Assembly: GCA_020536535.1 (NCBI GenBank)
Contig: JAHLWZ010000496.1
Coordinates: forward strand, 62,001 to 126,000
From: Pelomyxa schiedti
Lineage: Eukaryota; Protista; Evosea
Direction of reading: 5' to 3'
Length of the DNA: 64,000 nt
Part shown: positions 12,208-25,123 of the stretch, one piece after another
Numbering within the stretch: the stretch's first letter is position 1
How the letters are laid out: each line of letters begins with the position of its first letter
Notes under the pieces: model-generated
The model's input: the letters and a program-made list of their open reading frames with translations, nothing else
Database searches by the model: none
Told to the model about the DNA's origin: nothing
Made by a program: the position numbers and the translations under genes

Positions 12208-13471
12208 ATGTCGTCCGACAGCACTCAAACACCCGTCCCCACTCCCGTGGTCGAAACCGCACCAGCGACGCCCGCCGAACCGGCAAAAACCGAAGCGCCG
12301 GCCGTCGTTTCCGAGGCCCCCGCAGTGCCGGAAGTGAAGACAGAATGTTGCGCTTCCTGCGCGACAACCAGCGACGCTGCACCTGTTGTTGTGGCGGAGA
12401 AAAAGGCTGAGGAGCCGGTTGCTGTTGCCGCTCCTGCCGCTGAAGAGAAGAAGGTTGAGGAACCGGCAAAGGCTGTGGAAAGCACACAGGAACCAGCTGC
12501 TCCTGTTGTTGTTGATACACCTGCTCCTGCAACAACCACCACGGCCACCTCAGCCGCTGCCATTCCTGAGGATGATGATGTTCCTGATTTGGAGGACCCA
12601 ACCACTGCTAAACCCAAGGAGGGCGAGGAAAAGCTTGGTATGCTGTGAAACAATGCCAACAACAAAGCAAAACCACAACACAACAAACTTGCCGTAAAGT
12701 AGACACTGCAGTAGAGAAAACACGACCAACACTACTTTACTAATGTAATCCTCGTTCGCAGAATCCGCTCAAACCAAGAAGCAGAGCCGCAGCGAGAAAA
12801 AGTCTCGACAAGCAGTGGCCAAACTCGGTCTCAAGCCTGTACCAAATGTGACCAGAGTGACAATGAAACGAGCTAAGAACGCAATGCTCGTCATCATCCA
12901 CCCCGAGGTATTCAAGGCACCAACATCCGACACCTATGTTATCTTTGGTGAAGCCAAGATGGAGGATACCTCCAACACTGCTGCCTCCAATGCTGCAAAG
13001 GAAATCGAGAAGGCCGCCCGTGCTGCTGGCGTAGCCCCCACAACCACTCCAACTCCTGCAACACCAACTACCACAACGACAACGACCACTACTCCTACTC
13101 CTTCTACTCCCACCCCAACTCCAGAAACACCAACTCCAGCACCTGAAACCACTCCAGCAACTCCAACTGCTGCACCGGAAACCACTCCAGCAACCCCAAC
13201 AACACCGGCGGTTTCAACTCCTGCTGGTGAGTGACATGTGCACTTTGTTTTGTTGTTTATGTTTTGTCAATTTATTCTAACTGTTCATTACAGCGGATGA
13301 GACAGGATTGGACAACACCAAGATTCAAACTGTCATGGATCAAGCCAAGGTAGACAGAGCAACAGCCATTCGCGTACTCCAAGAGAAGAAGGGAGATATG
13401 GTTGAAGCTGTCATGGTACCTACTGCTTTTTTACTCCTTACAACTAACTGTGTCTGTAGTCCTTGTCTTAA
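12208..13471 (+). CDS. NACA: Nascent polypeptide-associated complex alpha subunit with long Ala/Pro/Glu/Thr-rich extensions
   Basis: KQSRSEKKSRQAVAKLGLKPVPNVTRVTMKR...SDTYVIFGEAKMED (NAC domain) and UBA-like IQTVMDQAKVDRATAIRVLQEKKGDMVEAVM|SLS*. Confidence 0.95.
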
Positions 13472-13687
13472 CCGGCTCTGTGTTCGGCGCTTCCGGCTTT
13501 TTTTTATGGTACCAGTTTCGAAAATCGGGAATAAAAATAACAGACAACAACCATGCTCTTGCCTTTTTCAATACAAAGATAATCAAACTCAAGTTACTTG
13601 TTCTTTATCCTTGTGGTGGTTGACTCAAAACACCCTTTTAAGGTGCCTTGAGGTAAAATAAACACTAGTGGTTACACAGAAGACGTC

Positions 13688-16600
13688 TCAGTGTTCGTGT
13701 GCGACTTGCTCCTTCCAGTGTGTGAGATTACTTTGAAGGTTGGGCACACAGAATGATACAACTTCTGGGATGACTTTGCCCAGTGATTGGGCCAGAGGGA
13801 GAACAATGTGCCTGTTGGGTTTTGTAAAGTGGGAGAATGTAGTAGGAGTTAGGGTACTCTATAAAAGCCACTTGGCAAGTCGCAGTCCGGGGAGAGTCTC
13901 TATCCATAAACGCCGAGACAGTGAGATTGAGGCTTTTCTCCTTTTCTCCCTGTTCAAAAAATTCTTCTTCAATGGACCGGGTCCAGCGCTGGCAAATCTA
14001 GGGTAAATGAGTACATGGCAGACCTTTGGTTGTTCTAGTACCTCCCAAGGTCTGGATGGGTTGCTTACATCGGCGAATTTAAGAATAATGGTAAGTAATA
14101 ATACTTCATCATCCAAGGTCTTGTATGAAGTTAAAAACCGTCACTGGTGACTTGAACTACCATCGACGTATCAGGGTTGTAGGCGTTACTAGACACTCGC
14201 AGGTTAAACTGGCTCATAAGTTCCACATGCCTTGTTTGGATGAGTACCAAGAAGGTCTTGAATTAGGAGTTTAGTAAATTAGTACCTGGCCATATCCGTT
14301 CCCAGAATAAATTTTGCGACCGACTTATGGAATTGAAGAAATTGGTCCTTAAAGCAAATCACAAGGAAAACTCGGGCCACTTGGCTTACCCTAGACATCC
14401 ACGTCAACCAGTTATCTTGTAATAGAAGTCGGAAAGATTCAGATGTATGAAAGTTCTCAAGAATCTTAGTGGGAACGGCATTACTTTTTGAGCTCGTGCC
14501 AAAATTGAATACAAACTGAAATTCCATTATACAGAAGAGCCAGTGGGTCCAAAGTCTGGTAGCAAAAGACATTGTTCTTACCAGGATGACCTACATCATG
14601 GCTCTGAATTGGGTATGAGTTTGCTTTATGTGAATAATAATAAAAAGCCGTCTCACCACAGCGGCATATAGCAGAGCAAGTAGAGAATGATCAGAAAGTT
14701 TTTTAAATTTCTGCAGCCACGTTACCAGGCATAAAACTGCTTGCGTAACATCCTTGGCGTGATGGGCGTTGTGATATCTGGACTTTGTCATATCTTTTCG
14801 GGATATAGTAGGGAATTACGGATTTCCTCTGTAATTAGCCTGTATGTTGTTTAGCCAGCTTACAAAATTGGAGGTATTGGGAATCAATCGGGGACATAGA
14901 GCAGCTTGCAAAAAAGCTGCCTGCGCGACTTGAGCAAGTGTCATAGCTACATTTTAGGTTAATTCTACTCTCTTTTCCGAATAACGAACCATCCAGTATG
15001 GCATCAAATTGCCAGGACACTGCCAAGGTTTCTGTCTTCTCTGAAGGCCTAATATGTGTGAAGGGAAATAATCAAATCTACATGGAAAGTACAAGGGTAA
15101 TTCATGGGCCGATACAGACATTCCAGATTCTGCACTGTTATTAAACAAATTCAGCACCAGAAATTTGTCAACTTCAGTGTCAATATCTACAAAATTCAGT
15201 AAGGGGTAGGGGGCGGCTGAGGATTTACTAAGAGTTCCAGCTTTGCGTTTATCTAAGTACTCTGCATGGTGTAATTTATCTGTTTTAATGAGCTGGATTA
15301 TCTCTGTCAAGTCCTTCGTATCAGCATTTCCTAGATCTAGAGGGATTAGAATAGTAGTAAAGGGAATAAGAATAAATACTCGATTTGTTGATAATACGTT
15401 CTAGTTTCTGGATTGCGTGAGCTGCTGGAGTAGACGTTGCCACTACGGAATCTTCGACTGGGTAGAGAGTGGCCATCTATTCACAGTCATATACGAAGAG
15501 AGATGCAGAGAGCAAAGTACTTTTTTCCGGAAGTATTTCACGGTTCCAAGGAAAACAGCAATTGCACCAAGTAACACGAGACATAGAGCACCAACCAAAA
15601 TACCTACGACAATTTTTGTCACTGGTGTATTCAGCTTGACTTGTAGGGTCACTACAGTTGTGTAGGAAAAACTAGTTCATTTAGAAGAGTCGACAACAAG
15701 GTGAAAAGAACCAGAAGTGTTCTGCAGTCACACCGTCTTCAGCAATGACTTTTAAGTAGGCCTCGAGGGGTAATGATATAGACTCTAGCATTACCATCCC
15801 TCTAACAGTGACCGCACTTTGTGCTGGGAGAGTGAAACTAGAATCTGAAAGTGGTGAGATTTCCATGACTTAAAGCGGCCTACTTGCTACGATTGTTCTA
15901 TCACTGGAATAAATCATTATATTCAATGGGATCGCTGGTCGAGATTACTTTGTAAAAAGGAAGGAAGAAGAATTGCTTACATCCATTATTGCTGACAGTA
16001 AAAGAAAAATTTGTATGACTTAGCATTTTTTCGTCACTGCTTAGAACAAGTTCAATGCTGGGAGGAAGGATGGAAATTTGACCGGCTATTTTTTTATGAG
16101 ATGCAGTGGTAACAATGACAAGTACCTCCAATCACTTCATTTTCTGGGGCTAAGAGGCCCAGAATCCAAGGAACTGATGTCAAATGTTCGTGGACGAAAA
16201 ACCAGTTTCTAGTTTTGTTATTTTCGGTTATTTCAACCAAGTCATGCCCATCAAGCGTCATGTTGATAACTGCCTGTTAGGATTGGTATATTCATTGATA
16301 CACTGAATGGGAACCTTATCAAATTGAGCATTTGGTGCCTGCCATAGAGTGAATATCTCCGAGGAAGTATAATTCCGAGAGAACAATAGATTAAATCCAT
16401 TTGGTGGTATGGAGATGATAGCGCCTTGAGCCGTTAATAGCATGGTAAACCCTGTGTTCAGAGTGAGAGGTTTCATTATTGTAGTATTGTACCTGATGGT
16501 GTGGGAGTAACCTGGTCCAGCAGGTTCACAGTATTCGTCATATCAACAAAGCATCCCGCCATGAGAAACTCGTTTGTAGAAGTAGGGGGAGCAGTTTTGA

Positions 16601-17547
16601 TATCCCACGCCCAGGCAAGCATTTCAAAGCTATTTACCACACCCAAGGAATTTATCGACGGGCCTACCCAAGTGGGGACCAGAGGCAGAAAAAAAGTAAA
16701 ATTCCCACTGGTCCTTCCCGTAACTTGAGCGGCAGTTGTATTCATTTTGGCAAGGGATCCAATACCCCCAAGAACAACTCTAATATAAATTAATAATCTA
16801 CAAGGGATAGGGCTTTACCTTACAAAGCCTCCTGAGTGGAGTGTCCAAACAAAGGTGTTCCAAGAAGGGTCAGACGACCAAAAACTTTGTACAAGAGGAG
16901 TGAGTGGAGCTGTAACGCGTAGAAAGCGGTCTAAAACGCAGGCTCGTTCACATGGAATGCAGTAGCCGGCTCGAAGAAAATTATTTTGTGCATCAAAAAC
17001 AGTAGGCCAGTACCAGGATACTTGGCTAAGCACCATGAAGACCACACATCATAGCACGGGCAAGAAGTGTCATTCAAATTCACAGGCACAGGAACGAGGT
17101 ACCATGGGGTCACCAGAACCTGGCTGAATCTTAGAGAGCGAGAGGAGGGAAAAATGGCAACTTCAGATGTCCTAAAGGGGCACAAATCGACCCCAGAGCC
17201 ACCCCCAAGGATGCCCGAAGGTAGAATCGAAACAGAGTCCAGTCCCATTGGGCAGCCAGGATCCCCAGTAGTTGGCACCTCTTGCAAAAGTGATATTTGG
17301 CGTTTCGTAACAAGCAAAACCTGCGAGGAAAAAAAAGGATGCACACTTAGGTGTTCGATTGAAAATCGAGGAAAAAACAAACTTTTGGAATGCCCCAGAA
17401 AACAGGTGAAATCTGTGCATCAACCAATGGTCCCACAGACAACAGACCCTCCAAAGTACAAACAGCAGGAATGTCCATCACGCAGTCAGAGTTCACCAAC
17501 AAACCCACAAGCACACCAACCAACACTGCCCATTTGCCTGGCACCAT
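13688..17547 (-). CDS. Type-I membrane, receptor-like class I cyclic nucleotide phosphodiesterase (signal peptide, large ectodomain, 1 TM, PDEase_I)
   Basis: N-terminus MVPGKWAVLVGVLVGLLVNSDC; TM VVGILVGALCLVLLGAIAVFLGTVKYFRKK. PDE motifs: YHNAHHAKDVTQ, HDVGHPG, PLALLYNGIS..ENFH, ILGTDMA, ILKFADVSNPSRPW. Confidence 0.85.
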
Positions 17548-17948
17548 TTTTTTTTAAGTTATGTTATTATGGCAGTTTTGTGCTTTACTTCCAAGAGCTT
17601 CTTGGTTTTGTTTTTTTGAAGCAGCCTTGTGCCGCGTGTTTTCCTGGGGCAATGTGCATTTCTCGTAATCCGCTTGAAAAGGAAAGTTACGGTGGAACAT
17701 CGACACGAAAACGTCCTGGCACTTGTCTTAATCAGGCAGTGCAAGTTCTTTAGCGCACGCAGCAGATTGCTGTTGTCCTGGATTATCAAACATAAGTAAT
17801 CCCTGCGGGGCTTTGAGCAACATAAAAAACACAATGTGGATGGAATGCAACACATCAAGCCACAGCGATTATTTTCGGTGTGACAAAGTAAAAAAAGGAA
17901 GGACTTGCTGATTCCTACATACGTTTTTCGTGGTTTTTTTTTTCCAAA

Positions 17949-18943
17949 TCACCTTCTTGTCCCCTTCTTGCTCTTCCTACTCTTGGTAGTCTTTTCCCTG
18001 TCACAAAGTCTTGTGTTTGTTCTCCACTTTGGTGAGGAACTGGCTATCTTCTTAGAGAGATACATGGTTTCATTCTCTGCACCTGTGTCACTGTCTTCTT
18101 CATCCTCAGGCACGTTGTTCACAGGGGCATCATCCCGAGCACCATTCCGCAGTGGGCTCTTCATATGGAAGGTTCCATTGTCGGCATCAAAGTCAAGAAG
18201 TGCCGCCAAAACTGGTCTTCCATCAAGAACAAACTCCTTGTTGGCAGTTGGTGGTGGGTTCTCCAGGATAATCCGAAGAGCTCCGTTTGTTGCCGGGTGC
18301 TTGTTTAGGTACGTTTCTGTGAGGTGCTTGGCCCACGTTGCGACTCGAGGAAACATTTCAGGGTGGGCTTTGTAGAAAGGAGTCTTCTGCAGCATGGTGG
18401 CCCCAGCATGAACCCATTAGACTTGGCACTGCACGTTCCATCAACAGGTTCTTCGCTGAGCACCACCCAGTGGGTGTACAGAAATTCCAAGTCAGCAGCC
18501 ACACATTTGTTTGTGGGTTAAACACAACATTTGCCCACTGTAACGTCGCGGTGGGCTATCCCAAGACCATGGAGTCCTGCAAGGGCAAGCAAGGTGCTCA
18601 CAGCAGCCACAAAAAGCTCCAGTTCATCTGTTGCATAATGCTGATCCCCAATTGGATACAGGTGAATTCTGGGAAAACTATATTACCACAGCACTTCCAT
18701 TTGCAGGGAAGAACCCTTCTTTGGTTTTACTTGTAGGAGGTTTGCTTGGGGGCTCAATGGCATGTATTATAAAGGGCTGTAAGTTTGCCTCAATACTCAG
18801 CAGAACGTACCACTTGTGAGAGAGGGAAAGAGGAAATAATATATATAGTTGATGATGGTGTTGGCCTGGTTTTGCTTACGTATTTGGTTTGTTTCCCCTG
18901 AATTGCAAAAGTTCTCTGTAAGAGTAGCAAACGAAGCCTCCAT
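17949..18943 (-). pseudogene. Frameshifted remnant of a Crinkler/fungal-type protein kinase C-lobe
   Basis: LAGLHGLGIAHRDV, then +1 shift to (Q)WANVVFNP..VWLL, then shift to DLEF..SAKSNGFMLG, then shift to MLQKTPFY. The in-frame read after HRDV hits TAA. Confidence 0.5.
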
Positions 18944-19133
18944 TGTATGTGACTCACGTGTGTGAAACAAGAACGAAACAACTCTCTAACGCGATGATGG
19001 GAATGGCACACCGAGGACTGGAATTGCTGAGGTAAGTTGCCGTGACTATGCAGATGAGACACCACCTAAAAACGTGGGGAATCCGCGCAATCACAGCAAA
19101 CTTTCAGTTCATACTTGTAAAAAAGAGATCTCT

Positions 19134-22100
19134 ATGAGAGCGAGGCCGCATGTGCGAGATTACTGCTACGAGGAGCACCGACGAACGGTAGATCTTCTGT
19201 TGTTGGTGGGAGGAGTTCCTCTCCCTGATTTGGGGAGATCTGTAGTTCAAACACTGGGGTGCGACGGTTCGGCCACATGCTCTTTTTGTGCTGTATCACG
19301 TGGTGGCGCACGTGCGTGGTCGTTTGTTGGTGATGGCCACGATGTCAGCCCGCCACCGCGCTCTCCCGACACAGATTTCAGCAGTGCACTACCAAAAGCA
19401 ACGAAATTTCGCGCTCTGCTGGACGTGGTTTCGACAGATCCCTCGCTGAGTGACAAGGAGTGGCTACCTTTGACACACAGTGGAAGCGAAAGTGCTTTGT
19501 TGTTCAATAGGCTTCCCAGTCTCATATTCGTGATAAAAGGTTTTCCCGCTTACGACTACGAGACGACACTAGTTTCTGTGGAACCGCCTCAGCTCAGCCA
19601 CAGTACTTTTAGTGATTGCGACTCCCTGCTGAAGCTGTGGGCCCACTTCCTTCTCTTCCTTCTTGATTTCACATTGCATTGATTACATGTAGGCTACATA
19701 GCGTACAAACGTTTGAGTCTGATGAGTATATGGATGGGTGGAATGCATCACAACCTCAGCGGTCAGAGATCCTAGCCGATCTAGAATGCGAATTCCATCA
19801 CAAGACAACCTCCGAATCGCCAACAAAACACTGTCAACAAGCAGTTCCTGAATCAACTACAATTGAACCAATGGAGTGCCTAGAGCTAGAGCCACTTAGA
19901 GGGAACCAGGAGGTCACACAGAGGAATTCCCTCCTTGGAAAGTGTTCCACCCAGCTATGCTTGTCTGCACTTGATCTAGTTTCCCCTGGTTTCATTGACC
20001 TACCTTCAATTTGTATTTTTTTTCCCTATACACAAACGCCTGTTGAAAGATATAGGTACACTTCCCTGTTCAGGACTGAAGAATTTCCAAGAAGCATTGC
20101 ACCACGAAATCCACTTGGAACCTTTCCTCCTCCCTGCTTTTCCTAAGCTATTTTCTGAAACTGACACACTGCATCAACCTTGTACAGACATGATCCCCTC
20201 TTTCCAACTAAGGCCACACTAGTTTTGCCTTCCATAGAAGTACCACAACTGTTTGGGCTGGATTTCTCCACTCTTTTTACACACTTGAAGTACTTAAACT
20301 GCCATATTCCAATTGAGTGTGTTTACTTTATTTTGACTTTTTTTTTTACATATTGCAGTGGAAAAGAGAATATACCGTTCGACAATGACTACATAACTCG
20401 CCAACTAATGGCGCTGTGGGATCCCGAACTACTTATCCCTGATACTATTTCTTCTAACAAAACGCAATGCCTCTTGAAGTGCTGGAGTGTTCCCCGCTTT
20501 TCCAGAATGAATAGGGGTGGGTTATTGAAAAAAGTTAAGAAAGTACACTGCATGACCTCCAAGGTACTGATCCAACACTGTAAATACTCTCGTCACTATT
20601 GTTGCATGCAAGCCTTTGGCTCCACTTGAGCTACATTTAAGACCCTTTTGGTACACAAATTTCCTCAGGAAAAATCGTCATTTAAATAAAGGAACACGGA
20701 CCACATGTCTCTTCAACGAGAGAAACTTCTTTCAGTGGCAAATACTCCTATACACTGCGTACCAGAGTGTCTTTTATCTAGACTAATTGATAAATCTCTC
20801 TCTTTTGAACTAGTGGAATGTAAATGTCGGTGAAGTTGGTTTTTTCTCCGTTTACTAATGACCCTAGGTGCCACACAAAGTGTCACTTTTGACGAGGAAA
20901 AATGTAGCACTCACACTATTGAAGGTGTGGAGTTATTTTTTCTGAGTTCCTTAACCAAATCAAAAAGAAGTGCAAAAAACACTTGAAAACGAAATTCCAC
21001 CATCTACAGAAAACCTCACAAACCAAGTTATCACACGTTCGATTTCTCCACCATGCCCCCGCGACACACCACACTGTGTAGCTGAAGCTCTTAAAAGTAT
21101 AAACCTAGATCAGATGATTTCTCAATATCAAAACCAACTGATATCCCTACCTACAGTATTTTGTATTTTTATTCATATGAATGCTAATCAAGTTTTAGCT
21201 TACTCAATTCTCTTTACGTCACAAAGGTTTGTCACTATTTCTATTTTCACCGAACTTTTCGATTTAGTATGCCGGACATCAAGTAAAAGCAGCCCTCACA
21301 ATATTTCAAGACTAAGAGTTCTTGACAAAGCTGAAAATTCCCGTGTAATGTCTTTGATGCATTCTATTCCATTCTGACTTAACTCAAAGAAAGCCTGTTT
21401 ACAGAATTTCATGGTGATATCAGGTTGTAGTAAAGGCACTCAACCTACAAGCATACGTGATATTGTTCACCACTCTCTTGTTACACCCCAATTTGAAACC
21501 TATACAAATTATCAGGTAGGCTTTTTTATGCCAGTTTTCGTTCTCAAAATTACAGATGGAAGTTGCACAGTCTTTTACTGGAAATAACACCCTTCTTGGT
21601 ATAAATCTTTTCTTTGTCTTTTACTCATGTTGACCTAGTAATGGCCCCAGAAATTGGTCCACTTCAAACACTTACAGCTAGGGACCAACTTTCTTTGCAT
21701 TAGTTAATTATCAGCAGTTAATTTTGTACAATGTATTTCACCTTTTCTCTGGTCTGCAATTGGACGTTATCTGGGTTGCTGACAACTTAAATTCTCCTAG
21801 TTTGCACTACATCAAGTACGAATGTTTCCCTTTCATAATTTTCATTGGGTCAAGGTGGTTCTTTGGAAAAGCTGGTATACAGCTAGCAGTTTTCCCTGGG
21901 AAGCCTTTACAACCTGAAAACTCTTCTGTGACTATTATACAAGCTTCATGGGCTTATGAAAAACTCAGTAACATCAAGTACTGTTTACATAGACGTTGAT
22001 TATCACCTCATTCACTTCTTAAGCCAAGCCTTCAAGTTACGAGGACAGACTCACGTCGTTGTGATGGAGCCCACGGCTGCTTCTGAGTCTCACACTATTT

Positions 22101-24999
22101 TGGGAAAGATATCTACTGGTACATAATACACTCTCATGGCGTACAATACCTAACTGCATTGAAAACAGGAATCCTGCAAATACATTCAGATGTTCCTGTG
22201 ATTGCATTGTCTTACGGTGGTGTAAGAGATGTGAAAGCTCTTTCTGACCTCGTTGTACAATATAAATTGGAGGTTTCCTACTTTTTTTTATATTTTCTTT
22301 AAGTTACATAGAAAATAATTGGCCGCTGTACATGTGATGGGTATGACAGTTGAAGTTGTTATTCTCCTAACATCTTTGAAATACCACTCCAGTGATGTCA
22401 ATGCTGTACTGAAGGTGAGCTTCTTTTCTGTAAACCCTATCTGAGAAACAAAGTAGAAATGCTTGGAAGTCAGAGTCATTAGCTCAGACTGTATGCAAAG
22501 AATCAACTCGATTGCCGATACTTTTTTCCTCCATTGGGATCTTCCATTGGCTGTTGATGATCCTGCATTTGCTGTTGTGCGTTCATTACTTACTGAGGGT
22601 ATAATTGCAGCAAATATCACACTTGGAACACTGGAAGAGACTTCTAAAGTGAAGCTATCCAAGTTTGCAGAGGAAATTCACCATGCTATGGAGGAGTCAT
22701 CTGCAGGATTGTTTGAGGATCACCCCAAACTCATATCGCTTATGGAATGGCTCCTACCTAAGTGGAAGCAGGCAATTGCACGCAGAGACCCGTTTTCTGT
22801 TCATATTCCGTTTTAATTTTGTTTTTTTTGAGTATTTTTAGGCGTTATTCATTATTCCGAACTGCAATGTCATCCCATCACTATCTGCCAAGTTAACGAA
22901 GGAAGGAATTGACTGGAGCCTATTCAGTCAGTTACCTCTACCCCGGTTTACATTTTGTATTCATGTCTCTGTACCCTAAATTATCCTAGAGTCCCCTGTA
23001 TTTTAATTACGAGCAATGATCTCTCACAAGATCCCCTTCACTTTCCATGGGACTCCTTTGGTTCAATTGTGGAGTATGATATGCTTGATTCCTTGTCTGA
23101 ACCAGGGTTCTCTGTCATACATTATTGTCTCACACACAATGTTACATTAACCAAGGTTAGGTCATCTATTACCTATTTTCACTCTTAAAAGAATAGTTCT
23201 TAGTGCAACACCCTCTGATGCCCCAAATTTACAGTTTTATAACAAGCGATGTAACGGGTGTGACTCTTCCATGTTTGATTTGATAACCTTGGCTAGATGC
23301 GTGGCTCCTGGCTTTGAGGTTGTGGAATGCAAGTGTAGCCGGGAGGGGGTATACACAACAACATAGTATAGATATTCCCGGTCTATTTTCACACCCAATT
23401 CCAAGTACTCTATTTGAGGGTATGTCACTAATTCACCTTACGTGATCCTGACTCAATCTTTAGGCCTCAGTAATCGAGTCGCATCCAGCTTTAATTTTCA
23501 AGGGGAACAAATCATATCGCAGCGACAATTACCCAATAAGTACAGACTCATTGCCAGGTATTAACAATTTAGTTTATACAGGCTAACCATCTTCAGTGAA
23601 ATGATTCTACAAAAATATCCATTTCTTAAGTCCTTTACATCTATGACTCTCATACCCCGAAAGTATAATTAGATGTTTAAATTTAACTCTTAGAGAATAG
23701 GCTAAATGAGGGTGGTCCACATATCATTCTTGATCCCTTTTCTTCACTGTTGATCTTCTCTGGGGATACTGACACAACCACGATTAATTCTTGTGTCAGC
23801 CAATCTATGAAATGTGGCATCACTACGAGCTACATCCTTATTTTTATGTATAGAACATAAACTATCAAGTTCTGTTCTTATTTTTTAAAAAGTACGAAGC
23901 CAAGTGATTTCAATGTGGACAACCTTGTTTCCACCTGCTCACAACTATCTTCCTCCGACTCTTTAGTGTGGACAATCCGTTTGGCACTATCACCGCAAGT
24001 AAGAGTACGCTAACAACCAACAACCAACCAAAATAGAACGTCGAACAAGAAATTATAAGTGCTTGCATACAAGCTTCCAAACGAGCTACAGAGGCTTTTC
24101 CTTCTCTCAATCTCTGGGGTGAACGAAATTGGTTACTGTGTCAGCAGTCAAGTGTATGTAATAGTTTGTATCTTGCTTTCATAAGTTTTGGAGCATGAAC
24201 TGTTTTTATCCAAACTGCCTATGATGAATCCAGTAACAGCGCTGGTCAGTTTTATGTAACAAGTGTATTTTATTTTTCACTTACTCCAGTTAATATTGTC
24301 CGTAAAAACGCTGTCAGACATATTTGCCATGGACCAAGGGGTGATAGATTTTCTGCACTCCAGTTTCCCTCCATTCATCGCTGTTAGAAACACGATCACC
24401 TCTCGTATACCTTACATTTTCTTCAACAGGAAGCACTGATAAAGGCGGTTACCCAGCCAATCAAATACCAACCTCGTGCCAAGGTTGCTGGTTCCGCAAT
24501 GCTACAAGCACCAGCAGTAGTAAAACCTCACGGTGTCCCTAAACCCACTGCTAACCACTCACAGCGCACATTACCCTCTAACACCTCTGCATCCACTACT
24601 AATCGACACACGCTTACTGCTCGCACCTCTGCAATCCCGGTCCGCACCGCGACCGCAATTCCACAAATTCCACAAGCACAACCACACCCACACCATACAG
24701 GACAAGCCCTCAATAGGATATCAACAGCACACTCCGCCATGTTGACTCCAATGTCCGTCTCCCTGTCCGAGCTTTTGTCATCTGTTGACAACCTCTACCT
24801 TCCCAATGATGTAACACTTCACCAAGAAACTGCCCCTCCTTCACTTCATCACACACCAACAAAACCAACACCAACACCACCAATCACAAGCACCACACCA
24901 ACTACTGACATGATACCCCTCGGCACCCACCGTAAAAGAACTAGACCACCACGGCGCCGAGGAAATACCACACCGCGCAAAACGCGCACTCTGCACTAA
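19134..24999 (+). CDS. SHOC1: SHOC1/Zip2/MZIP2-like meiotic crossover protein (XPF-like + HhH2-like C-terminus), multi-exon
   Basis: N-terminal MRARPHVRDY; VPCILITSNDLSQDPLHFPWDSFGSIVEYD; PHIILDPFSSLLIF; WGERNWLL..EHELFLSKLPMMNPVTAL. These resemble recalled human C9orf84 and plant SHOC1 blocks, in the same order. Confidence 0.68.
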
Positions 25000-25123
25000 C
25001 TGTGAATTGAAGTCACCGTTCAACTCTTGTAGTGGTGTCTCCGTTCGCGGAACCGATATCCGTTCACAATCATTCCCAACGGCTTCCCACGAACCAGAAA
25101 AAAAAAGAAAACCCAAGCAAACG

